Assembly (NCBI GenBank): GCA_036172245.1
Contig: JAYWIR010000039.1
Span: forward strand, 1,674,001-1,738,000
DNA length: 64,000 nt
Origin: Raillietiella orientalis
Taxonomy: Eukaryota
Direction of reading: 5' to 3'
Made by a program: the position numbers and the translations under genes. Below, piece after piece: positions 1-13,100 of this stretch. A model generated the notes under the pieces. The model did no database searches, was not told the origin of the DNA, and worked only from the letters and a program-made list of their open reading frames with translations. Numbering within the stretch: position 1 is the first letter of the stretch; each line of letters opens with the position of its first letter.

Positions 1-1103
1 GTTGCTTTTATGACATTCAGACTCATATCAAGCCAAAACTGCTCATCACTTCGTATTTGGCAACTCGTTTTACTTATTTTACTTAACATTTAGACACTCA
101 ATTTTTACATCAATTCTGTGGCTTTCTAGTTAAGAAAGATAAGATAGCACATGTTTGTTTCCTTGGTTTCTCAAAGCATCTTCACTAAAATTCGTTTATA
201 TGATAAACTTTAATGTGAAGCGGCATCGAAGTCATAATGAAATTCAGAAAAACTTGCATGGCTGCACATCTTAAAACATTTACAGCAGTCACCTAAATCA
301 GATGTTCTTGATAGTGAGCAATTAGGTTCACTTATTATTAATGAATTTGAGTTTTAAATGATTGTGAGCATATCACATACTTCTCTGGCAGAAATAGTGT
401 TGAGCAAATTAAAAGTGAAAACTTTGACCAAGTTAAAACCTCATAATTGACTTTTGGGTTAATTAAATATGAAATGATTTGTTGCAATATAATGTGTGTG
501 TGAGTACACTCATCTGCTTGAATATATACAGAAATCAGTTGATGTTATCTGATGGACTTGTGAAAGTGTTAAGTAATGTTAAATTCATGATGTACTTCCA
601 GGTGAAAACTATTATGCATCTAAATGAACCATGTCTTACATAATAAAGATACATTCTTTATTATCAGTTCATTGTTTATTCCGTGTGGAGGTTTTTGTTT
701 TTTGCAACAAAATTGCAGGAACTTAATGTGTTTTTTAATGCTCACAAGTGCTCACAGTTGATTCCATGTAATTCGTGAACATGTAATATGCATGCAAAGT
801 TCTACATTTTGAATATTTTCCCTCCCAAATTTTAAAAAATATAAACTCAAGTGTCCAAAAGGAAAAACTGGAACTATGTTTAATATTTAAAATGTAGTTT
901 GAAAGCTACTTTTTATGTGTGACTTCTAAGGTTTATTGTCAGAAAAAAGAAAAAGTTGAGTGTCATGTGCACCATCACTTGCAGTGCCGTAAAAGGTAAC
1001 TGTTGGAAGAACATACACCTAATTGACTGACCTATACATTAAGCAGATGTAAATGGGCTTTTTCCATTTCTTTAAACAAGTTCTTAAATAATTATATACA
1101 GAA

Positions 1104-4100
1104 ATGGAATCTTGTCCCAGCAAAAATGATGAACAGTTATCACCACAAAACTTTGGAAACTATAAGAGAAAACTGAGCACTGCTGATTCATCCCCCAAAA
1201 AAGCAAAACTTGAAACTACTGCTGAAGTTTCAAATGGCTTACAAGACAAAATACTTGAATTCAAAAGCAATGAATTAGCAGCATCTCAACAAAACTATCA
1301 TTCCTATCTGGAAGAGTTGTATTTCCTTCAGCACAATGGTGATATGATGGAATTTGCCACTTGGAGGAAAAAGCCACCATCTCCTTTCCTACAGTATTCA
1401 AAAGACAATCAGATATCTAATGATGATGTGGAAGGAATCTGTGCAGGTAGGTGCCAAATGTATCATTTGTATTATTGTAGTTAACTTTATTTCAAAATTT
1501 TTTATTGATTTTTTTACACATAGTCAATATAAATAGTTTTTTGTTATTTTTGCTAAAATCTTTTCTTATCTACAAAGTTGAGATTGATGATCCTGTCCTT
1601 TCTGTGTTTGCTTTTTTAACCAACTGTTAATTTTGCATTTTTATGTATTTCTAATTTCCTTTTTCGTTTTTGCAGTTTCATGTTTTACTGTGTTTTTAGG
1701 TAGCTACCATTGTATTGGTTTTTCAATGCAAATTTGTAGCAAATAATTTCAAAAATAATCAAAGGAATTAATATGGAGATAGTTTGACATCTGTGTCACA
1801 TGTGCCTTTATTTTACTTTTCATTTGTTGAGATTCATATTGATTATTAATTTATATTGGAATAAATAAAAATTACATAATTACATGTTTTCCATAGCACT
1901 TTTGATTCATGTTTATAAATTTAGATTGGATGAAAGGATGAATAGTTTTAGGGTTGAAAAAATATTCGTCGTTTCTGTTTTTCATGCATTTAATTTCAAA
2001 GCATGTAGATTTGGTTCATTTAAATTGTGTATTATTTTTTGGCAATGAGTGGCATTTAAATTTATCATTTCAAGCATTTGATTGCTAAAAACTACTTTTA
2101 AGTATATCATTAATAACAGCAATAACATTTGCAATGCTTTTCTCCGATAATTGTATATTTTTAATCTGCTTTTGGTAAAACTTGAGATTTATTCTATTCT
2201 AATTTGCTCCTTCAGTGCATGCTATTTTTTGTGATGCCAATCTTGGTATCTTTTGTATTTTTTTCTGTTTTGAAACTGATCAGATATCCTTGCACATTCT
2301 GAGAAAGCATAGAAAATAAGAAAAAGAGTAAAAAAAAAAAAAGAAAAAGCAATTCCTTTGTCAAGAAAATATTCTGTTTGTCCTCGTGTCCCACATGCTT
2401 TTTACTCTTATATTATTGGAAAAGCATTGTTTTCTTCAGATCATGCAATCAGTATTATTAGTTGTGTGCTCCTTAAGTGTAACAGAATATTTTGGTGAGA
2501 ATGATTATGTCACTTGCAAAGAATTTTACAAAACTGACTTAATGATCCCCAATTTATAATGTTCCTTCCAGACCTCAGTGCTGCTGAATCTCCAAAAGCA
2601 AAGAATGTAACAAAATATGACAGTTCTGTCTCATTAGTAACCAAAGCTGTTAATGATGTAGACAAGTTAAAAGGGTCTAAACAGCAAAATCAGCATCTTC
2701 TGGAATCTGGAATTTCTAACAAAGAAGATATAGTGGAAAAAGCAAAGCAGGCAAGTATAATTTGTTTGTTTTTTTGCATTTGATGTATGAATGTTCAAAA
2801 ACCAAGCAACACCAATCAAAACTTGCAGATTCTCTCATATTACATGTTTGTTGTGTTTAATATGTAACAGTTACTTTTAACTGATTTTTCTAGATTGCTT
2901 GCCTATCTGTTACTTTGGATTGTTTTATCATTCATCGTTATTTTGGATATTTTTTTAGTACTTTCTTTTTCAAAAACTGATTTATCTTATTTCACTCCAC
3001 ATTGTTGTAATATTGAGTTTTCTTAATAAAAAAGTAGCTCAATGAAGATCTTTTGAATGAAAATACTCAGACCATTTTACAAATTGCAAGAAATAGCTTC
3101 ATTCAATAACAGAATGTATTAGAGTATAGAATTTTGATGAATTGTTTAATTAGATTATGAATTTATAATTTAAGGGTTGATTGTTGTTGTCAGTGATAGA
3201 AGAGTGATTTGCAAATAATTGGTAAGTGCGAAAATCCTTCATACTTATCATCACTATGAATATATTAACTAGTTGAAGCGCCATAGCAGTTTATAATACC
3301 ATGCATTTTGAGTTATAGGATTTCGGCAGGTAGTAGATCACACAAATGGCCTGTTGTATTTTCATAAATTAGCAGAGTCTGAACCAGATGAATATAAATG
3401 GAATACACAAAAGTGATTGCACTTCCATGAATGGATGTTGATTACATATGCATAATTTTTTGTATTAAAATCGTTGATGTTGTTTGGATTTCGTATTTTA
3501 ATTCTTTTCAGTACTATACTGTCAAGTTATTATTTGCTTACATTTTGACTTCGAAGTATTTAGGTTCTGGTTGATGATCAAAGCTTATTTTTGTTTTATG
3601 AAATATAAAAATTTTTTCTGATAGTTTAACGATAGTTATTGGTGTGAACTTTAGGAAGTCCAGATTCTTCAGAGAATTTCGGAATTACGAAAAGAGGGAA
3701 TGTGGTCAGAAAAACGTTTGCCCAAAGTAAAAGAACCAAACCGTAATAAAGCCCATTGGGATTATTTATTAGAAGAAATGGCCTGGATGGCAGCTGATTT
3801 TGCACAAGAAAGAAAGTGGAAAAAAGCGGCAGCCCGAAAAGTATTTGCAGGGGATTTTTTTAAAATGAAATCTGATTGTTTGTGCTTTTAGTGTGCTAGA
3901 ATGATCCAGAAACACTTTCAGGATAAAGCCTTAGCTATGCAGAAGGCAGATAAAGAACAAGAACTTCGACTAAGGAAAATAGCATCATTTGCTGCTAAGG
4001 AAATTCGTGTGTTTTGGAATAGCATAGAAAAGGTTAGCAAGTTATGTGAAAAGTAACCTATTATGCCTGTTAAACACAAAATAGGCTGTTGATGCACACC

Positions 4101-7100
4101 AAGAAAGTATCAATTGCATTTTATATGTTTTAGTTTGTGGAATACAAGCAGCAAATGCGCTTAGAAGAAAAACGGAAAAAAGTTCTAGATCAACATTTGA
4201 ATTTCATTGTCAATCAAACTGAACGATATAGCTCTTGGCTAGCTGAAGGAATGAACAGAAGCATGGGAGTTTCCAATCAGGGTACTCCTTTGATGGAAAC
4301 AACAGCTTCCTTGGATACCAAGTTTTCGGACAGTAAGTGATTATTTAGATGGGCTGTTATACATTCGTAAATTAGCTGAGTTTGAACCAGATCAAAATTC
4401 TGATGACGACGAAACTACAATAGCAGCAGCAGAGCAAGAATTGAAAGGAAGGCATGATATCCAGGATGAAGTTGAAGCTTTAAGGAAAGAATCAGAAATG
4501 CCCCTGGAAGAATTTCTGAAGACTCTTCCATCTGAATTTCTTGATCAATCAGCATCACCTTTATCTTCCAAAGAAGGGGATACCACTGATTTGGAGGATG
4601 ATGATTACTCTGTCCATTCAGATGATGATGAAGATGACGACATTTCTATTCAAGAGCAAGAAGTTGAAGCTTCAGATTATCAGAAAGAATTAGAGGAGCT
4701 TCAGGTTTGTAATGAGAATTTTTAGCTGATAATGTTCTTATATGTATCTTTGCAGGTGGAATCCGATCTCCCTATCAAGGAACTCTTGAAAAAATATTCT
4801 GGCGAGAATTCCCCTCCAGCTACATCTAATGATGAGAATTTTGAAGAAAAGCATGATCCCCAGTCATTGCCTGACCAAGAAATTGGCTTGGAAAGTTTGT
4901 TAGAAGAACAAGAGGTAGCTTATTTTTTCTTACTCAGTTTGTTTATTTTACATTTAATACAATAGCAGAAACCACAAGAAATTAATGATGTTGCTGCTCT
5001 GGCAGAAAGTTTTCAGCCAAAAGGATATACTCTATCAACTACAGAAGTTGTCACTAAAGTTCCGTTTTTATTGAAATATTCACTCCGGGAGTATCAGCAT
5101 ATTGGATTGGACTGGCTGGTAGCATTATATGAGAAGAAACTCAATGGAATATTGGCTGATGAAATGGGTTTAGGCAAAACCATTCAGACAATTGCTTTGT
5201 TTGCTCATTTGGCCTGTGAAAAAGGTAATGGTTCCTCCAGTGAATGCTTTTATTAGATTTGCATTAGGAAACTGGGGGCCACATTTGATCATTGTACCAA
5301 CAAGTGTTTTATTAAATTGGGAAATGGAATTCAAGAAATGGTGTCCAGCTTTCAAGATCCTCACCTATTATGGGGGCCTGAGAGAAAGAAAGCAAAAGAG
5401 AATTGGCTGGACTAAGCCCAATGCATTCCATGTGTGCATCACCTCTTATAAGCTTGTAATTCAAGATCATGGTGCATTTCGCAGGAAACGATGGAAGTAT
5501 TTGGTTTTAGATGAGGCACAGAATATCAAGAACTTTAAATCACAACGTTGGGAAGTATTGCTGAATTTTAGGACTCAAAGGTATGAATATCAGAAAGCAG
5601 GCCTTCTGTTTACGCATGGTCTTAGTTACCTTTGGCAGTCTTACATGCTGCCCTTATCTTACTGAGTGCTTAGAAAAGAAATTGCGTTAATTGTTTCCCA
5701 TTTTCCAGACGATTGCTGTTAACAGGAACACCCTTACAAAACAGCTTGATGGAGTTGTGGTCCCTCATGCACTTCTTGATGCCTCATGTTTTCCATTCAC
5801 ATCATGAATTTAAAGAATGGTTTTCTAATCCAGTTGTTGGTATGATTGAAGGAAGCCAAGAATACAATGACAGCATCATCAAAAGACTCCATAAAGTAAT
5901 GCATGAAGATGCTCATGTGATTAATTTAATAAGGAACGTTAGGTTTTGAGGCCTTTTTTGTTAAGGCGATTGAAAAGTGAAGTTGAAAAACAGCTGCCCC
6001 AAAAGTATGAGCACATCATTATGTGTCGACTATCTAAAAGACAGCGTTTCTTGTATGATGATCTAATGGCTAATACCAAGTAAGTTATCTAACTGGATGA
6101 TTCATGATAAAATTTGTATTGTATAGAACAAAGGAAACCTTAGCAGCAGGAAATTACTTAAATGTACTTCATATTTTGATGAAGTTGCGCCAAGTGTGTA
6201 ATCATCCCAATCTGTTTGATCCTCGACCAATTGTATCTCCTTTGGTGCTTGAACGGTTGGTTTATTACATTCCATCTTTAGTACTTAGTGCACTGGAAAC
6301 ACATCCCTTGAAGGTAAATTAACATGCAACAAAAAGTTACTATGGTCTTGCTTGTAGCATGTTAATCTGAGTAGCATCAATGCCAATTTGCTACAGCTTG
6401 AAATGAGCATGTCTGCACTAGAAGCACATCGTCTTCGTAGATACAAACCACCAGTCAAAGTAATAGAAGAAGGTGTTGTTCATCAGACAATGCCTCCTTG
6501 TCCACCTGGAAAAGTTAAACTTCACATTCGAACATCAGAATCACTGATTGATACAAATGCTAAACTCTCAGGAACAAAACAAGAGTTGTGTCCAGGTAAT
6601 TTATTCCCTTTCCAGAGTTCTGCAAAAGTGGTATATTCTTGGTATTATATTGTTTTCCATATAGAAATAAAGATTATAGAGTATTGATTATCAGTTTCAG
6701 GATTGCATGAGTCTTCATTTTTGTGGGCATGAGACAAATTTGTGTGGATTAATTATCGTCAAATGTTTTAGTTTACGTATTTGTGCCTTATTTTTTCATG
6801 CTGTTTCAAAAACTTCGTTCTAGATACCTGATAGATTACATTCAAACGTTTTGCCCTGATTCCTCATTCTCATCCTTTTAGCACTCTATTTGTTAACTCT
6901 CATCAAGTTATGTCATTTTTTTGATTTATACCTTCCTTTTTATTTGTTGATTAAAGTGCTAAGTGATGGCGATGCCCTATTTAAAAAATGTTGCATGCAG
7001 TTTTGAGCTTATGTATTTCTGATACAAGTTGGTGAAATTCATTTTATAGATGCTGCTTCCTTCCTTCAAAGTTTGGCTAACCATAGTTTGGTCTTCAATC

Positions 7101-10100
7101 ACCAAGGAGCTACCAGAAGTATGTCAGTCGATGTAGTTTTGATAATTAGTGTTTTTCAGCTGTGTCTTTGGGCCAGCTTCTTCAATCAAATCAGAGCCTT
7201 AATCCTAATCCAACTCCTGTTGCATTGCATATTTTTCAAACTTCTCAAGGACCTCGAGTTATGCTTCCATCATCATTATATGGATCTCAAGGAAACCAAG
7301 CAGCTGTTCTGCTGCCTTCTACACGATCTTCATCAGTTGGTAAATATGGAAAATGAACTTTAAGTAAAATAATATCTGAACTGCAACTGTCAAATTCCGC
7401 CAAGTAAAGAGGGTTACTAAACTTGTACACTCTTTTCGTATACCTATAAAGTATGTGTTAATTTTCTTAAGATTCTTAATTGTCTTTTTCAAAAATTGAA
7501 TTTTGTAAGGATAAATGGATTACAGACTCACTGTCTTTGTCATTGAAACCATTACTTTTGGTTTTTCTGCTAATTGTACCCATAGAAGTTTGCAAAGAAT
7601 ATCATCGTATTTTTTTACTGTTGGGATCGGATGATCAACATGTTAATCATTGATTTTAATTAATGTTAAATGTTTCAGGCACCCCTGTGATATCTGTACG
7701 CCCTACACCAGTCCCTACTAAAACTGGTTCTTTGTACAATGCAATGGGTGCACCACATGTTTCATCTATGGGCCGCAGCTCATTGCTCAGACCAACAAAC
7801 GCATTAAATACTAGCATAGTACTGAGCAATAAGCATAATAAGCCTGTGATGCGAGTACCCCCTATGCGTATTCAGGATACCAATCAACAGGATGCAAGTA
7901 GCCAGCCACAAAATATTGTTAATGGTGATGTGTGGCCTGCCAAAATGCGGAAACTGGACTCAGTAGACAATTTTGAATTAGTAGGTTTTTAGATGGAATT
8001 TGTGATTTTAAATTTGCTGCAGGAATCTTTGGAAGCTATCAGGAATGAGGCTAGCAGGCGTCGATTAATGGGAATTGCAATGAGAAATTCAGTGCATTGT
8101 GAAGCTTGCCCCATCTTTGGAACTGATTTGGTGCAAGCTGTAATGTTAAATGATCAGAATTCTGTCTTGGATAAATTTAAGCGAACTCCTGAACAAGTAG
8201 TAGAAGAATTGAAAGAAATCTTTGAAAGGTAGAATCCATTGGTGCATATCTTCTTATAGTACCACTCATCAGATTTGTGTTCTGCATTCCTGCTGCATGT
8301 GCCTTACCCATCCAAATGCATGCAAGTCACCCACCTCCATCTTTGTGGTGGAGGGAGAAACGCTCTCAGTGCCTATTGCAAACTATGCTGAAAAGCAAAT
8401 TGGATCTTCTGCACTTGATAAGTTCAGCACAAGCCACTCAGTTTCCAGATCTTCGTCTAATTCAGTATGATTGTGGTAAGTATGTATTGTATTTTAGCTT
8501 GTAATCTTAGCTTCTCAAGTTGTTGGGTTTGCTGTAAATGTATTATGAAATAATCAGTAGATAATGACGCTTTTTTATTCCAATTTCGTGTATGTATTTT
8601 CAATATTTCCTCTTCCAAAACCACATAAAGGTTTTACGATTCATATCGAACATACTTTCATGCTTTAAAAGTTTTGATAATGGTTTTAATTTTTGGAACA
8701 TGCGCTATATTTCATCCTGAATTCATTTGAGTGGGCAGCACATATGAAAAACTTTTGATATCTCATCCTCGAGCTTTACAGACACAAAAATGGGAAATTG
8801 AATTCATACTAGATCGAACATGGATTAGTCCACATAACTGAATAATTCGAGTGATTCGAGCTTCGATTTTAGAAGTTATTGCTACAATATGAAGCTTGAA
8901 AACTAATTAAAAACAAAAATTCGGTGCTATTCAGTCTTGTGGAAGAACTTAATGTTTAAAGGAAATTAGTTTCATTTTAAAATATATTGGCATGTTCCTC
9001 TCCAGTCTCCTTAAATGTCAATCGAGTGGTGTTTAAACCGAATCCGAATCTTGGCAGTTTTATAACGAGGATGATATATACTGTGCTTCCGTGGAATAAT
9101 TTAACATGGTCAGAATTGATTTTGAGGCTATACAATAGCGAAGTTTTTTGATGTTTTATTTAAGAGAAAAATATTTTGAATAATTGCAGTAAATCCAATC
9201 TTCATTTAAAGTACGATTAGCAAATAAGCTTTTAAGATCTTTAAAGTAAATAATTAGTATTGTAATGATTTCTGCTTTTAGGGAAGCTTCAGCATCTAGA
9301 TGTTTTGTTAAGGGAACTACATCGGAATAACCACCGAGTGCTCATTTTCACTCAAATGACGACTATGTTGGATATTTTAGAAGAATTTCTGAATTATCAT
9401 GGTTATCGCTATCTTCGACTAGATGGCACAACTAGTGTGGATCAACGACAAGTAAGTTATGTTAATAAAGGAAAGCATTATGTTCTAATTTGTTTCCTTA
9501 TTCAGATGCTCATGGAGAGATTCAATGCAGACAAAAGAATATTTTGTTTCATTCTTTCAACTCGCTCTGGTGGAATAGGGGTTAATTTAACAGGAGCAGA
9601 TACTGTGATTTTTTATGATTCTGATTGGAATCCAACCATGGATGCTCAAGCTCAGGATCGCTGCCATCGAATTGGTCAAACAAGAGACGTGCATATTTAC
9701 CGTTTGATAAGTGAAAAAACTGTGGAGGAGAACATTTTGAAAAAAGCAAACCAGAAAAGACTGCTGATAGATTTGGCCATCGAAGGGGGTAATTTCACAA
9801 CTGCTCATTTGAAGAAGGTGATTGTTTTGTTTGATATTTCTATCACATTGTGTTTTGTTATTTCTGTGCAGCAAACAATTCAAGAGTTATTCCGAGTTTC
9901 CGAAGAAGATGATTCTTGCAAACGCATGTCAGAAGTATTGACTCCAGATCTTGATGGAACATTAGGCACTAATTTGCAAGTTGCACAACATGCTTTGGAA
10001 AATGCTCTAGCCACTGCCGAAGACGATCTGGATGTAACTGCTGCAAAATCGGCTAAAGCAGAAGTAGTAGCGGATTTGGCAGAATTTGATGAGAGTATTC

Positions 10101-13100
10101 CAATCTTGGAAAATGCTGATGAAGAAACAAGCAAGTCTGAGTTGGAAATGAAATCTCTCATGGAACAAGTGAGTCTTTGAAGTCACTTAATCTGTAACTT
10201 TGAAAATTTTAGTTGAGTCCTGTTGAGAGATATGCAATCAGTTTTGTTGAAACAGAACATTGGTCTGCTGAATTGTTGGCACAAGCTGAAGCTGAAATCG
10301 AGCAGCAAAAACGAGATTGGGAGCAACAGCGACTACAAGTTCTGAAGGAACAAGAGCAACAGATGGCCGAAATTGAAAGAAGTGAGGTGCTGACTTACTC
10401 CCGTGAGGATGCTACTACTCAGGTGACAACTAAAGGGAAGGGCCTTGTGAAAGAACAGGGAAGGGAGGAACGTATTTCACGTTTGAGCCGCCGACAACGT
10501 TCTATCCAACTTGGCCAAATGGTCTGTAAAAAAGTAAACCCTGCTGAGTCCCCCTTACTCAATCCATCTCTTCCATCTGAATCTTGTTCATCACCAGTTT
10601 TACTTTCCTCCTCTGAGCCACAAGCATCGGAAATCCCTTTGCTAAGCCCCCCTGTACAGCCTAATGTGGTATCAGTTGACAGTCCACGAACTCGATCTCG
10701 GGGAAGTGTTAGCATAAATTTGTGGACACTGGATGTGAGCCCGGTTTTGCCTGGTGTCAAACCAGTCACTGTTCATACTCGACGAACTTCCAAAGAGAAC
10801 AAAAAAAAACTTATTAATAATGAATCTTTTACTAGTGTGAAAATTGGTCATCGTACTGTGAACAAAGTTAATGCCCTCCATTCCTCTCCCAGATTTATGC
10901 TAAGGACAAGAAAAGTTCCCAAAGAGAAAAATCCAGGAGAACAAAATCACAAGAGTGCATTACCTCCAGGAGTCATACCATTAAGCTTATTAGAATAATA
11001 GGAATTGGGTAGCTGAATTACCACTTGCCAGATATCTTTCCCTTATCATTTATTGGATATTTGGCAATATGATGAAGTGCAGCTCAATAAATTATTATTG
11101 TGATTTGATTGGTCTTATTTCTTGGCCTTCCCCTGGGTTTGGTTGATAGAGTGCTGCTTGTAAGTTGGTATCCCTGGTTTTGGTAAGGTGCAGCACTACT
11201 TACCTATGCCAAGCCCAGGGGATTACCAAGTCATAAGCAAGCCAACCAAAATAAATATAAAGGTACTAATGTACCTGAGGGAGGAAACATTTATTTAAAC
11301 CGTACATGATGTAATTATGTACCCCAATTCTATTTGTAGCATTTTATTTAAGTTTCTCACTTGCTCTACACATTACATTGCATCACTATTGCTGATAATT
11401 TGGTCATGATTGATAGATTGTTGATTGGTTGAATTGTGTGCCAAAATGTTTTTTTCACTTGTGTTTTCCAATCATAAGCTGAACTTTGTTCTTATAGGTA
11501 TGGGAAGATTGGTTGACAGGAGAGCCAATGCCAGTAAGTAACTTGAACAGACAAACTGTAGAATTCTCTAAAATGCATACTTTAGCTCTGGGCTCCACCG
11601 ACACCTCCACATGAAGCTGGTGATATCTACATTGATCAATCACTCAACTTTTTGTATGGAACCGCCATTCTTGCAGAAGCACAGCTCCCTCCCATTTACA
11701 TAAAAAAAGAAACTGTTAAGAAACCCAAACAAGAAGCTTCTAAACAAATTCAGCATGCTTCTCTGTCATGTTCAGACCCCAAAGGTAACCTTGATTTTGT
11801 CACTGTTTGCTTAAACGCAGATGTCATTAGCTTTGCTTCATCGGCCTGGAAAAATGCGAAAAGAAGACTCACTTTATGCCCCGCGCTCATTATTTGATCG
11901 CCCTTCCCCAACTATTGCCAAGATGCGTCGAGATGCGAAGTTGCAGAAATTTAGAGGAATTGTGCGACCTTCTGTTGCTCTTCCAGGATTTCGATCCTTA
12001 TCAAGCAAGCCATATGTAGAAACAGAAGATCAACCTGAATGGCTCATTCATGAGGAATGGATCCTTCTTCAAATTATACAAAATCTGCAACAACTTCCTT
12101 TGAACCTAGTTGTTCTTTCTCCTGGCCATACTCCTAACTGGGATATGGTTGCAGATATGCTAAGCATAGTCACTCGAACTTACAGGTCCCCTAAGCAGTG
12201 TCGACATCACTATGAAACAGTTCTTATCCCAAGAGAAGAAGGAAAATTAGTGTACGATTCGTTGCCCAAAAAGTTTAAAAAACAAAAAAGCCCCCTTAAG
12301 ATTGGCTCAGCGGTAAACACACTATGTAGTTTTTTCATTTGACTTCATATTTTCTTTATAGAGTACTAGAACGATGAAAACATCGCAGCTGTATCTGCAG
12401 GACAATCATAGCAGCTTTACTAACATGTACCATGAATGTTTCGAGATTATTAGGTCACTAGCAAAAAAACGAACACCAACAACGAAATCAATGTTTATAA
12501 CACCTGTGGTTAAAAACCCAAAACATGCTGCAGTTCTCGCAGCTTCTGGCATAAACTATGATGCTCCATTGACCCCGATGCAAGTCGCTGCTAATAGAAT
12601 GGAACGTCTGGCTAGGGAAAAAGAGAAGCATTCTCAGGTGTGTGATTTCTTGGCGAACACTAATAAGTATTACATACAGCAAACTACGGAGTTGGCCATG
12701 CAGAAACGCTTGCAGCAAGTTACTAAACTGAGGTCTTCTCCTGTGCCAACGGTTATTCCCCTAAATGTGACATACAGTCAGTCATCTGCAATGTCTAGTA
12801 CCCCATCCAATCTAGCATCTGCTTTACGAACTGAGCATGATGCACGCTCCAGCAATCCAACATCCAGTGCTGTAGTTACTCTAGCTGGACTTACTTCTGT
12901 TCAGGTGCAGGGTAACCGTATGACAGTGGCAGGTCCTTCAAATCAAGTCCCTCGAGGTTTGTAAACCACCATCTCCTGTAGTTGTAACAACACAAAATAC
13001 AGCAGCTTCTCCAGGAACCAATCCCACATTGATTCAGACATCCAACTGCACCAAAACGCTGACACCTGCTCAAATTCAGTACCATAGGCAACAAGCATTG

